In this document: positions 14,710-26,554 of the stretch, piece after piece
How positions within the stretch are numbered: the stretch's first letter is position 1
How the letters are laid out: every line of letters starts with the position of its first letter
NCBI GenBank assembly: GCA_965285935.1
Contig: OZ260664.1
Coordinates: 22,506,001-22,570,000 of the forward strand
DNA length: 64,000 nt
From: Ophelia neglecta
Lineage: Eukaryota
Direction of reading: 5' to 3'
Notes under the pieces: model-generated
Told to the model about the DNA's origin: nothing
Databases searched by the model: none
The model's input: only the letters and a program-made list of their open reading frames with translations
Translations under genes and position numbers: made by a program

Positions 14710-14990
14710 ATAAAAAGCAAACCCCTCAGGGTTTGCGGTAAGGGGATAATAGACGGGCGGTGTATGCACTTGTGAAATTGTACTTGAATGTTCTAGGATG
14801 TAAAATCCGTATATATTTTTGAAAGGTTCTACATGTGTAGGAACTTTATTGACGAACAATTTAGTAAAAACGTAGGTGCCGAAGGCATCCTTCAGCATGT
14901 ACTTTAAGTGGAATTACGACGGATCAACTAATTGCTTAAGTGTAATGAGGTGATCTCGGAAAGATGTCGAGCATTCATCTATTCATCGGA
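14710..14990 (-). mobile_element. Possible Gypsy-type integrase remnant
   Basis: LDIFPRSP...VIPL, LKDAFGTYVFTKLFV...FKN...ISQVHTPPVYYP...NPEGFA resemble the integrase core order (D.FSRFP / L..IF..YG.P..LVSDNG / H..T.PYYPQSNG.AE). Catalytic motifs are eroded. Confidence 0.4.
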
Positions 14991-17900
14991 TGTAGGGTGC
15001 CAACATGATCTGTTTCACCCTGTTTTTTTACAGACTTATCACTCCTAGTGCTGTGTGACCATGCAAGTGTTTACTGTTTAAAATATACTATGATCTAGAT
15101 GTACATATACATGTTAAGGGGCACTTCAAGTGCATGCAGTGCAATTCGAACAGGTCATTGTCGATTTTGACGCAAGAAACATCAGGTTGTGATTTGGCGA
15201 CTTTGCTTAGCTGACGGAGCAGGTTTATATTGCCTGGATGTTTAATTTTGTGATAAAACCACCAATATATATAGTGATGCAGTTACCGCGACCTCTTCGT
15301 ATATTATTGTTGGAGATTTATTGTGAATAAACCTGTTTGCTGACAAGTAAAAATCAGGCAAAGTGACACGCGATGTACTAAAGTATCCTCGGTAGATTTG
15401 GTATGTTTAATTATTTATCAAAATACGACTAGTGTTTGTCCTACTCGTGGGAGTTACTGTATGTCTTTGACTGCAGTTTCATATGCGAGGTAATTGTGAC
15501 ATTCTTGTTACTCACTGTATGTTCTATATAGATATAAATCGCGATGCCGGTATAACCTCATGAGTCAGTGTATATATCATTGAAATGTTAAACACGTGTT
15601 AAGATTTTGTGATTCTCTTAGCCTGCCACTGTATTTGTTTAAGTGAGTCTTAAAAGTAAGTATTACTTTCTCGTCTTTCAGTAAACCTATCTACCATGGT
15701 AAATGCGTCAAGAAGAAGATGTCACCACTCGCGTGTGTGGCAAAAGCCTATTATACACTTATGTTTTTAAATGGAATCATCGACTAACTGCATGACAAAG
15801 TGTAGCAAGCTCCGATTTTCTTAACTTCTGCGATGTTTCCTTTAACCTGGGTCCCATCACGTTATGATATTTTCTGTAGCACCCGAAGGTCGAAGTTTAA
15901 TCAAAATAAGGCTTAGTTGATTTTTCGCAATTAAAATAATTTCTTTTGACTTCTATGTTCATAGATTACTACTATGATTTCAAGGTTGTATTATAAATTC
16001 AGATGTTTAGATTTGGAAAACTTTAATTTTCTTCTGTTACTAGTCTAATATCATAAATATATTTAAAAAGAACTTAGGTATGTTTTTATGAGGATTGATA
16101 TCTTTATACCGTACAATGACGTTTTCAAAGGATATATCTATTGCTGTTTTTTCTGACTTCCAGAGTGTAACTCGCATTTTCTGGTCTTTCTTTTGTGGGA
16201 GAAATGCAAATGGTCCATTAATGAAGGTATCCACTTTCAATCATTAGCCCTTATATCATATTGCAATAATATGCGGTCTTTGTTGCAGCACCATGAAAGC
16301 TAAAGAATTTGCCTAGTTCAGATATGCAGCAGATTTGCCAACAGGTGTGACTATAATCGGTGGGCTTTTAGCGGAGATGTTTGAATAAAAAGTTCTCATT
16401 CTGTTTTTAATACAATTTGAGTATAATTATGTGACGAAAACAATATTACTGTACCGGATATCTGAACGCTGAAGAATTCTTAGCTTAAGTCCACAAGGTT
16501 AATAATCTTCAAAATACATTAATGACAAATCATCGAACACCTGGATGTAAGACTTATGATGTGTTAAATATCGTTTTCCGTTTGTTTAATGACACTACAC
16601 TATTTACTATGTATATAAATGTTTACACGCAAGTTATCTCTAGATAAAATCGGTTAACAGTGACCTGTCGATATTTGGACTCACACGATTATTATTTATA
16701 TGCTATTTATATACACTAACTAACTTATAAATCTGTTTTTTTTTCGGTGCACTCAACCAGCCTACTCGCACTAATCTACACGAAATTAATTTCCACTAAA
16801 CATAACAGCAACTAGTGGTTACAGCTCCTCGGGTTTTGTTCTCGGTAACTTCCAAATTTACTTAAACAAGTAAACAAGCACAAATGCTCTGATATGAGTT
16901 ATTTCTTGTATGATTTTGTTATAACCACAAACCAAACAATATTCATTTTAATATCATTCAATATTATCTTTATTTTTTGTTCCTGCCAGGTATCTGTTAT
17001 AAATACGATAGCCTAGATAAATGGTCGTTAGGAAAACTTCCGATTACAAACATCGATAGCAGTGGAAAACTTCTCCAATGTAGTCTATTGATAAAAGAAA
17101 AATAACATTCTTATAATGCTATTTGTTGAATAATGTACTACTACTGCTGTAGTAAAAGGACTGGCTTTATAAACACACAAAAACACTACTCAACAGAGTT
17201 GATGTGGGAAAGACCATTTTAGATAACATTTCTTCTTTGCAACTAGTTTCCACTCCCACTTGATGGTTCCATACAAACTTAAATTCCCACAAAGTATTGT
17301 TTGGGCTCAATGACTTAGCTTGTCCGTTACAGATAAGCCAGATAATGAAACTGTTTAATCTTATCAGCCAGGCATATATCTACATGATATCAGCTAGCTA
17401 AAGAATGTTAGACTGGGCAACTTGATTAATCAATGAGACTAACAAACAATTCTTAACTAGTGTTCGAAAATAAAAATGACAACATTCTTCGTCTGAAAAC
17501 GACTACAATAACCTTGTGGATATTCATTGCGTTAGTGATTCTTGGTATATTGATTTATTTCATTTCTTTTTTTTTAAGTTGAGTGATATTCCACTGGGAA
17601 ATGTGCACTTTATTGAGATAAAACTTGATATAAAATGGCATATAACCATATAATGTCTATAAAATACAGTCTGCCTAGGATGACATCCATGATTTCCTTA
17701 TTCGCCACGACTGTGTCGATTGAGCACCTGGGAAATCCGGCACCTTAATCCCCTTATCACAAAATAGTTGAGAGATTAATTATGTTCTATTGCCCCTAGT
17801 TAGTTATCATGATAAGCGCATGTAAATGTGATTAACACAAATAAATAACCAAACAATGCCAACAACTGTTGTTTTAAAATTGAAAGTAGATCTGGAAGGG

Positions 17901-19198
17901 GAACTTAATTAATGACAATTAGCTAATAATGTTATTGGCGGGTTGTTCTTTTTTGCTATAAAGGAACTGTGTATTGAGTCAAAACCACGCATGAACAGAT
18001 TTAAGACTAAAGTTGCTTGGTTGATAACAGAAATTGCTTCATTTCAGTTAGGTATATGCTTCGTATTGATATGAGTTTGTGATTCGTTGAATATGTTTAG
18101 TTATATTTTACCTGAGGATCTCCGAGAGATTTAAGAAATATTCTTGACATTTGTGACTTTTCTTTGTCTGCCGCGTATCCCAGTCAGAATTATATAGCGT
18201 ATTTTCTATGGAACATAATGTTTCTGCGCCCAATATTGTATGTGCGGTCATGTCCATATCTGTTCCAGGACACTCATGGATTTGACGTTACTGATGTGCA
18301 TATCAGTACAAATTCCTTGGTTTTTCCTGGCTCATAATCTGCTCAGAGGTGCCATAAATATTTAATCCACTTGTGTTTTCAATCTACCTATGGATGACTA
18401 CACTCATTACGGGCGACAAGAGATATGTCCATCTTTGGTTATGTAGGAAAACGAAGTTTGCTATCTCCCTACGTTAATACCGGAAGATGAATAAAACACC
18501 GCCTGCCGTCTAAGGATAATATATCACAATTTTATAAAAGTGCATTAAGCCCCTATTTGACATGGTTGAACATATTGAGCGTTCGTGTCTCTATTCCGTT
18601 TTAAAAAAATGTGCATTTGAAAAGTTAGATTTTTCTCAGACTCTTTTATTATATGAAGCTACACCTACAAGTTATACATATATATAAATGAACCGTGAGG
18701 TAGTTTAAATGAGAGCTTAGAAAATAATAATAATATGCACAATTGCCAAACATTCTAACTACAAAATAGAGAACTATAAGATAACAACTATTAGAGCTCA
18801 ATTTACTAGCGATACATGACGGTATGTAAGTGTTAAAACAATAAGTGAAATATGAAACATAATTCTAAGCATTATGTGCATTGAAGTAGTATGGTTGTAT
18901 ACAAACATATAATCCCCACTTGAGATTTATTGTATCATCATAAATGTGTTATGCCTCTCCCTACATATACAAGAATGTAAGCGACAGGGACCGTTAGTCT
19001 GTAGTTTTGACTTATCAAATTTAGTTTTATCCAAAAATAAAACAAGATGCTTTCATCGTTGAAAGTGCAGAAGATTCACAATAACTACAAAAATAACATT
19101 TCTTAAAATATGAATAGTCTTCTACCTTTATTACAATATGGATACTTCGAAGAGAAGATGTGACAAAACGTATATAAATGCTTGCTGCCCGTAAGATT

Positions 19199-20731
19199 TC
19201 ACCTTGCTTTGAAATGTACCTTATATGGTCTTGGTCTGAGCACGACACCTGGAATTGGGTCAAGGCTGTAGGTCACATGGTCTACTGGGGTCACATTGAA
19301 TTTCTGGAGCAGTTTAACAAGAAAGAGAAACACCTCAGTTCGGGAAATGTTCTCACCGACACATTGTCGCCTCCCGATTCCAAATGCAGAGTATTGTGAT
19401 GCAAGTTCTGGGTTTATAATGCCATTTTTCAGAAATCGATCTGGCTTAAATAGAAAAGGATCTTCCCATAGTTCACTATCTCTGTTGATAGAATACAGAT
19501 TGACTAGCACAAACGTATTAGTTGGTACCTGCCAGCCGTTCAGCGATGTGTCTTTGATGGTAGAATGAGGAAGAGCGAACGGTACTGCCGTTGAGTGGCG
19601 CAGAACCTCATGTACGCATGCGTGAGTGTAATGCATATTGTTCATCAGGGCAACAGTTGGCTTTCGGTTCTTCCCCATGACGACGTCTATTTCATCCTGT
19701 ACACGCTTTTGCACATCCGGGTTTACTGCCATGTAAAGCACTGTCCAGGAAATAGTGAGATAAACAATATCTAACCCCGCACCTAGGTATTCTTGCACAG
19801 TGTGCATCACGTGATCCGGTTCTAATACGCATGGTCGTCGGACGCCGATCTCAATCAGTGCGTCCAAACAGTCACGAATGCGGCCTGACTCAAAGGTTTC
19901 TAGATGTCGAGCTTCCTCCTTTCGAGTTAGTCTAAGAATGTCGTGGCACACATCTTCAATCTCGCGACACAGATGGGACATGAAAACACGTGCCCAGGGG
20001 AAGAAATTTAACAGATTTCCACGATTGTGGCAACCTATCAGCTGCAAGGTTTTTTCTACCATTTTAATAAAATCCTCACCTGTGCAGTTACCATAGCAGA
20101 GTCGATATTTAGCACGCGCAACTGCCCATATAATGTCTTTCTCTGGGTTAATTGCACAGCCCTCATAACTTTTGAGTTTTTCCAACAAACTGGTGAATTC
20201 TTCGTCGATTGTACTGTCAAGAAATCCGCAGCTTTTTACACCCAGTTTGATTGCTCGTTCTGCCAGTTTCCGGTGCGCCTTCCATTGCGGACTGTAGCTA
20301 TTGAATACCATGCTCTTACCTTCGGATGCCTTTTGAAATGTCAATAAGGGTGGTCGACCGGCAAAAGTAGTCGCTTGGTCTACGAGAGCCTTCCGAACAG
20401 TAGCCAGTCCATTAAGAACCAGGACATCGGTGTTGCCAATTTTCACCCGAAATAAGTCTCCGTGCTTCCGACGGAATGAGGCCATTGTGCTCAATATGTC
20501 TCGACTAAAGAACAGGCATGGCGTCCCAATGCCGGGCACGCTCCAGGGACCCGGGAGGGTTCGAGATGCTCGAGAACGGCGGGCTACCAATGCTGCCAAC
20601 ATAAGCAAAAGACAACTTAGAAAGACTGTCAATGTCCACAAAGTGCTCTTCTCGCAGGCTAAGGCTGTCTCCTGCCCATTGTCTGAATTGTTTTTTAAAT
20701 CTGGCGTTACTTTAAACAACACAGAGGCCAT
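19199..20731 (-). CDS. Cytochrome P450, CYP2 clan, CYP1-like (CYP1A/1C-like); uninterrupted CDS, 510 aa from first in-frame ATG
   Basis: Motifs in order: signal-anchor LWTLTVFLSCLLLMLAALVA, basic RRSRASR and proline hinge LPGPWSVPGIG; CYP1-type FAGRP and GKSMVFNSYSPQWKAHR (WxxxR); I-helix GAGLDI; K-helix EVLR; PFALPH; FKPDRF; heme motif FGIGRRQCVG (Cys codon 19361-19363). The ORF track starts at a GTG (20860), but the first in-frame ATG is at 20731. Confidence 0.95.
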   Translation of the reverse strand: MASVLFKVTPDLKNNSDNGQETALACEKSTLWTLTVFLSCLLLMLAALVARRSRASRTLPGPWSVPGIGTPCLFFSRDILSTMASFRRKHGDLFRVKIGNTDVLVLNGLATVRKALVDQATTFAGRPPLLTFQKASEGKSMVFNSYSPQWKAHRKLAERAIKLGVKSCGFLDSTIDEEFTSLLEKLKSYEGCAINPEKDIIWAVARAKYRLCYGNCTGEDFIKMVEKTLQLIGCHNRGNLLNFFPWARVFMSHLCREIEDVCHDILRLTRKEEARHLETFESGRIRDCLDALIEIGVRRPCVLEPDHVMHTVQEYLGAGLDIVYLTISWTVLYMAVNPDVQKRVQDEIDVVMGKNRKPTVALMNNMHYTHACVHEVLRHSTAVPFALPHSTIKDTSLNGWQVPTNTFVLVNLYSINRDSELWEDPFLFKPDRFLKNGIINPELASQYSAFGIGRRQCVGENISRTEVFLFLVKLLQKFNVTPVDHVTYSLDPIPGVVLRPRPYKVHFKAR

Positions 20732-20877
20732 ATCGAGTTTTCTTATGCAAAAATGTTGTCCACGTTGCCTGGCCAAACATACAGAAGGCAAACAGTGATG
20801 GTCAGCATTAGTTATAGCTGACAGCGACCAAGCTAAGAACGCATCGCTGCCTACGTGCACTGCGGGCTTACTACATC

Positions 20878-20965
20878 TGACCCCAGCGGGCCATGTATTT
20901 AGGGTTATCTAAGCCCATCGGGTCAGGGACGTTCAGTGAACGACCGACAAAGTGAACCCAGTGCA
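20878..20965 (-). promoter_or_regulatory. Candidate cis-regulatory module of the P450: nuclear-receptor half-site cluster plus TATA-like TAAATA
   Basis: TGACCC 20878-20883; GGGTCA-ggga-CGTTCA 20920-20935 (DR4-like); CGTTCA-g-TGAACG 20930-20942 (perfect IR1 palindrome); TGAACC 20953-20958; TAAATA on the minus strand at 20896-20901. Confidence 0.45.
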
Positions 20966-21630
20966 GAATGTTCTCGTCTTTGGCTGAATACTAGAAACAA
21001 GAAATTGTCCACGCCGGGTGAACACTCGGTAAACGTTCCTCACATTCCTCATTGCGATAAATTTCACAAAAATGGCAAGCTAAGACATTTAGATCCCGAA
21101 AAGAAAGTTAGTTATTGGGTCGAAATTGCAATGTTTAAGCAGGACAATCATAATTAAATAACAAAAAAAAATTTATTATCATGTACTTTGATTAGCCATT
21201 TGGATTGCCCGTCTTCGTCAGAATACAAATAACATGAGAGATCACATCTTTGTTAAATAGTTATGTATATTTGAAATATTCGTTAATAAACATACAACTT
21301 ATTTTCAACAGACTTAACTTATGTGTGCACTATTAACGGTGGTAGATCATTAGATGTATATAGTATACATTTCACCCAATGGGCCCATCTGTTCTTCTAT
21401 GTCAAAGTAGCAGTAAACAAAAACTGTACGATTACGAAAATTGATATATAAGTAATTCGGATATAAAACTAGATAAACTATGACACGACTGTGTCCTGCA
21501 ATAAGACAACTAGATACATTGACTTACTTACCCATATATATAATCAAATGTCACAAGGGGCGGGGGTCGGGGGGGGGGGGGGGTCAGGTCAGATTCTGCC
21601 CAGTAGGCAAGGCGCATTATTTAAGCCTGA

Positions 21631-21716
21631 ATGTATCTTTAGGGCCAGATCATCAGAAGTACATTCATTACCTTGCATGTATCTTTAGGGCCAGACCATC
21701 AGAAGTACATTCATTA
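21631..21716. repeat. Near-perfect tandem duplication, 46-bp period
   Basis: atgtatctttagggccaga(t/c)catcagaagtacattcatta starts at both 21631 and 21677. Confidence 0.9.
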
Positions 21717-21964
21717 TCTAATTAGTAAATGTTGACCATTTCGTTGTTTAAAACAACATTTCATGGGTTGATACAATTGAAACTTGACGCTCCTGAAATG
21801 TTTATACAAAGGACTAAATAAAAAAAAAACTGAGAAAAAAAGAGAAAATATGGGGGGGGTATAATAATAAAACGAGAGGCTGCAATTGGTAAACGTTCCG
21901 TGGCTAAGACGAATGGCGCTGCTGTTTTATAGTTGTAACAATATTATTAATTCTGTTCTATATT

Positions 21965-22575
21965 TCAGCTCATTGTATGCTGGTCTACCAGATTATATAG
22001 TTCACAAGCTCCAGAGGGTAGAGAATGCCGCAGCCCGTTTGATTGCTGGAGCAGCATACAGTGCTCAATTTACCCCCTACATGTAGGGAAGACATTGTTT
22101 GCTTGCGCGTCGTGGCATACAATATAAACTTTGTATATTGACGTTTAAATGTTTACCCAAAATGGACCCGTCCTACCTACGTGATGTGATTACCCCCTGC
22201 CAAACAAGTCGTTTACTTCGGACAGGAGGGACAAGGACACGTGAGTGCCCAGGGTAGAGAGACGCTTCTACGCGGCTCCTGCCGCCTGGAACAGCCTCCC
22301 ATGACAAATTAGACCATGTGACGAGTTCGTTTATATTTAGATCTAAACTCAAGACCCACCTGATCAGGTTGACCTTTAACTATAGCCTTCAATTACTGTG
22401 TTTCGATTGTTTTAGCAAAAACTGTTGCGCTTTCAATCGTATATTGCTTTAATTAATTTTCGTTTTTAATGTTATTTATGTTTGATGTTCTTATTCTACT
22501 AAATTTCATGTTGGATGATTTAAAATTTCAATTTATAAAACGCGCTATAAATATCTGAAATACTTATTATAAATA
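21965..22575 (+). mobile_element. 5'-truncated L2/CR1-group LINE remnant (ORF2 C-terminus plus 3' tail)
   Basis: Translates SSLYAGLPDYIVHKLQRVENAAARLI..., then IQYKLCILTFKCL..PSYL, APAAWNSLP and FRSKLKTHL with stops and frameshifts. Ends in an L2-type tail cgcgctataaata...ttattat. Confidence 0.85.
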
Positions 22576-25500
22576 GGAAAAGAATAAAATAGATAAGTGT
22601 TATGTAGAAATAGCGTAATGTAGGAGTATGTACCTTTATAGACAAAGCGAAATTATCAATGTTCATATAATTATTAAATTAGTCCAAAATCAACAGCACC
22701 TTTAAATAAATTTAAATAAAATTAAAAAGTAATATATGTTAGGATTTCCTAGGGTTGATAAAAGGTTTAATATAGAACCACAAGAATGCTATTCAATTAA
22801 GGGAAAAAATATATTAATGAATTTGTTATTTTAGTGTGGTTTCTTTTTTTTTCGTCTAAAACGTGATCGAAGCGGCCCGGTAAGCCTTCTAATTAAACTA
22901 TGGTGACTAATATATTATTAGTTCGGTATGCTCTACCATGGTTAGTAGACATTTCGTCTTTCGTTTGTGTAAGAAGCAACCTGTCTTGTTTGTTTGTGGA
23001 CCGACTGATCAATGTTTGTCAGCCGTGGTTGGTTGGTATACTAAACACCGATACCCACCGGACGACTGCCAATTAACAATGTCAATTAATTGTTTGATTG
23101 ATTGAATGATTGAATTCGATAAGTTGAGGACGCCAGTTATGGCCGTAGCGGTGGTACTGGCCGCCCTTGGAGACGCACATCAACATATACAATCAACTTG
23201 TCTACACTACAATTGACATAACATAATGTGTTGCCCATTTTAATAAAGTAGATATTTGTATACAGTCTGTCCTTTAACAACACTGCATTCATAGATATGT
23301 TGACACACAGTAACGGACCTGACTCCATATACCAATGATTGTTGCCTGAAAGTCTCTTGTTCAAAATACGTGTGCTCCATCACATGGTTATTTCCACGTG
23401 ACTTATAAAATGTTACCAGTCTTCCGGACTTTTCGCACAAAATATGCTAACGAAAGAGACCACTTCTGATTAATGAAGCAAATTAGTTGTAACGTTCGGG
23501 CTCAGTAATGCTGCACAGCGCTATGTTCTGTAACTTTACGATTACTGAAGACGTGAAAACGGGGTCAATCATAAATTTGTGAATATGAATTGCTCGCTTA
23601 AATAAGTCGACAATTTTTACAAGTTATCAGTCAGAATTCATGTGTTATAAAGATGGTTAAGCTTTTATTGCCCATAAGATTGATCAATTCATTTTGTTCA
23701 ATTTTTTTTTGTAAATGATCAAAATAAGTACATACAATAGTCCTTTTTTTAACTTGTAAAAAGCAACTGCATTATTATATTGCCGAAAAGCTGTATTAAA
23801 CCTACATTAAGGCAGGTATGTCTGCTCTTTGGTCTTGATTTAATGAACACTACACATAGTTTTTGAGTGAACGTGAACGTGAGAAGTTGCATGGCTACGC
23901 CTGTTGATTTGTGTCTCAAGCAAGCGCTTTTGTGGTAAGTGTTAAGTGACTTGACATTAGTCAGGAAGAAATAGACTGCGAATGAAGATCCGAGTGGTCA
24001 CCGTCAAGTGGAAAGTCTGGCAGTGGGTGCCGCCCTTGTTTTGAACTTTAAAATCCTTTGCAACCTTCATGGTCAGACCATGGTTCAAGGACGCCTTCGC
24101 GTTTGATGGCTCTGTTTACTCTTCTTCCGCGCTGAAGGCAAGCACATCCGACCGTCAGATAGACAACAGAGAAAAACAAGCACAGGCCTTGGGTTAACCC
24201 GGATGTTCAGTTACCTGTCAACGATGTTATCATTGATCGACCCTGATCAGAGGAAGTGACATCAACCTTAAGTTACTTGGCATGTAAGTGTCTGACCATG
24301 ATTGATACTGCTTGAATTATCTTAAACCGTTTCATTGATGTTTTCAACAACAGATAATGTTCAAGAGAAATGGACTGTTTAAACACTCTCCAGAATATTC
24401 CACGAGTATAGTATCTTCTGTTAATCTGTAAAGGACACCCCATAAAGTAACCATGTCAATTCTAGACATAGGCCTGACATCCGGTACACAGCGGAAATGT
24501 AAAGAAAAATAGTGCCAGTTCTTAGAAAGTAGTATTTTTTTTCTTGATATGAAATGTTAAGACAGCACCTTAATTAAACCTTCGATGAAGTTATTTATAG
24601 TTCCTGACATCAGCCTATTAAATACGGGGCAAATGATTTTAGACGATCTATAACGAGTTAGGCTTCAAGTATGAGATGCTGGGTAACTTTCTACAATGTT
24701 TCTAATTCTACCTACAGTAGGCTCACCTATATGATAAATATTACAAAAGTAACAAGGCGTTCGGAAAAGCCAACAGCCTATAACTAGGGAGGGAGGGGTG
24801 CATAGATCCTCCGAGACCTCGTGATTATCACCGCGCACATTACAAACCTTGTCAGATGCTCGTTGTCTCATTAACTCCCATGTCTCACTCTAACAGCGTA
24901 CATCTGCTGTCCATCTGCTGTCTTTAAAACTGAGAAAACCTGCTTCGGCTTTATCGATTCATTCACAGATGATTCAGGTGGCCTATTGACTAGAAGTAAC
25001 ATTATAGACTTCAAACCTAAATGTTTAATTTTTTTTAAATAGAGGTTTTATAATAAATTGACGACGCAAAGGCACAACATTTATCTGCGATTTTTGTGTG
25101 ACATAGACTTCTTTTTCTAATCTGCCAACAAAGCCTGAACGTCCTTTTCCTAACACAGCTTTTAAACCGCGTTGTTATAGTCAGTTAAAATAAAAGCCAT
25201 GTCTTTTTTTACCTATCCAAAAGTAAATACAACATTCAGTTAGACGAAAAACGAGTTATAATTCGGGAAATTCAAAACTCATAGTGGGTGTTTTATAGGG
25301 GAGCTGGTAATGATGGGGGGAGGGGGCAATTGTTTCTGGAGATAAGTAGGTTATAAGGGTTATGTATTCAGAGCTCTTGTTTGGCTCGAGGGAGTTGTAA
25401 TAATGGTCCACTTTCTCATGTCATGGTCAAACGAGACCGATATTTTACAATTTGTTTTGCTCATTTTCTAAACTTTGGTAAGGCATATGTTAATCATAAT

Positions 25501-26392
25501 TGCCTAAAATCATGTCTGCTACTAATCAAAATACACCATAGGACGTTTCGTAACCCCCCCCCCCCCCCCCCCCGCCCACCACCAACATCCTCCTACCCCC
25601 AACCCGTCCACCACTTGGAACATTCCTCAACAAGTTTGTTTATTGGTTAATGTCTGCTAGAATAAGTTCACTTAGCGATGAAAGTACCTCCCGTGCATTT
25701 TCATTGACATAAACTATTGCCTACCATTAACGCATTGCTAATTTGAGTCCGGTTTAGACTTTTTAGCGTCCAGAAAGGATATCAGGCCACACCAGGTCAA
25801 GTGTCTATTAGATGCACAACCAAGGCAATCTGAAAAAAATATACATTGCTGGCTCATAAATATACGCACGATGAGAAAAACACCAATGGGGCTAATTTAT
25901 CTTGGACCAGTGCGAATCAGTAAAAGGTCACATATTTAATGTTACGGTTATCTTTAACTGACGGAGGTCTCAAACAATCAGGAATGCGGAGATTAGATAA
26001 TGTACGTACCTTTTAGGCCGCAGGGAATTACTCAGGCGATGAATGATTCGGATTTACCGATCGCTTATTGGCTAGTTCTAAGTGACATTCAGTCATGTCA
26101 TGTTATGTCGGTTTTATGATTTAGTGAATGGGCCAAGTCTACAACACGTTAATTGTATGTTAAACTTCAGCATTTCATTACTTGAAAACTTTCTAGCTCA
26201 TATATTAAAGGTACTGCCAGTCAATGCAAGATAATGCAAAATCAATGTTATATTTATTTACTGATGAGCGACCGCACAAAAAGGGCCACCATTGACCTTT
26301 GGGATTCATAATTACCTTAATTTATTAGCGTAAGCCATTTGTTTACAGTAAATTGGCGCTTACTATTAACTTACGCGCTGATACCTTCCTCA

Positions 26393-26554
26393 TGTAACAA
26401 CCGGTGGTCTCAGCGGGGTTTGAACTCACTACCCTTGGGTCTCCAGCCAACCACTCTACCAAGTTTGCCAAAGGGGTAACCCCTCTAGCCAAGCTAGTAG
26501 GAGTGTTGTGATCATGCACCAGTGGCCATGACCTGCACATACATCTCTGTTACA
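26393..26554 (-). mobile_element. Solo-LTR-like element (162 bp) containing a tRNA-like Pol III promoter
   Basis: Ends TGTAACA...TGTTACA; flanking direct repeat CTCA (26389-26392 and 26555-26558); minus-strand A box TGGCAAACTTGG (26459-26470) and B box GAGTTCAAACC (26417-26427). Confidence 0.75.

Noticed and set aside
18150-18430. DIRS RT-like peptide (LGYAADKEKSQ) on the minus strand
   Set aside because: Only one short motif, with no catalytic YxDD; too weak to call.
19199-20731. CYP307 (spook) assignment based on the missing Thr
   Set aside because: It lacks the CYP307 GGHSA I-helix and LFGG..NSLA motifs; the B-C region is CYP1-like.
19178-20798. Plus-strand ORFs antisense to the P450
   Set aside because: Shadow ORFs of the real CDS with no independent support.
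20732-20860. 43-aa N-terminal extension in the 553-aa ORF call
   Set aside because: It starts at GTG, which is not a normal eukaryotic start, and overlaps a plausible splice acceptor. The ATG at 20731 gives a normal-length P450.
26404-26476. Functional tRNA gene
   Set aside because: A and B boxes are present, but I could not fold a proper acceptor stem. It sits inside TG...CA ends with a TSD.
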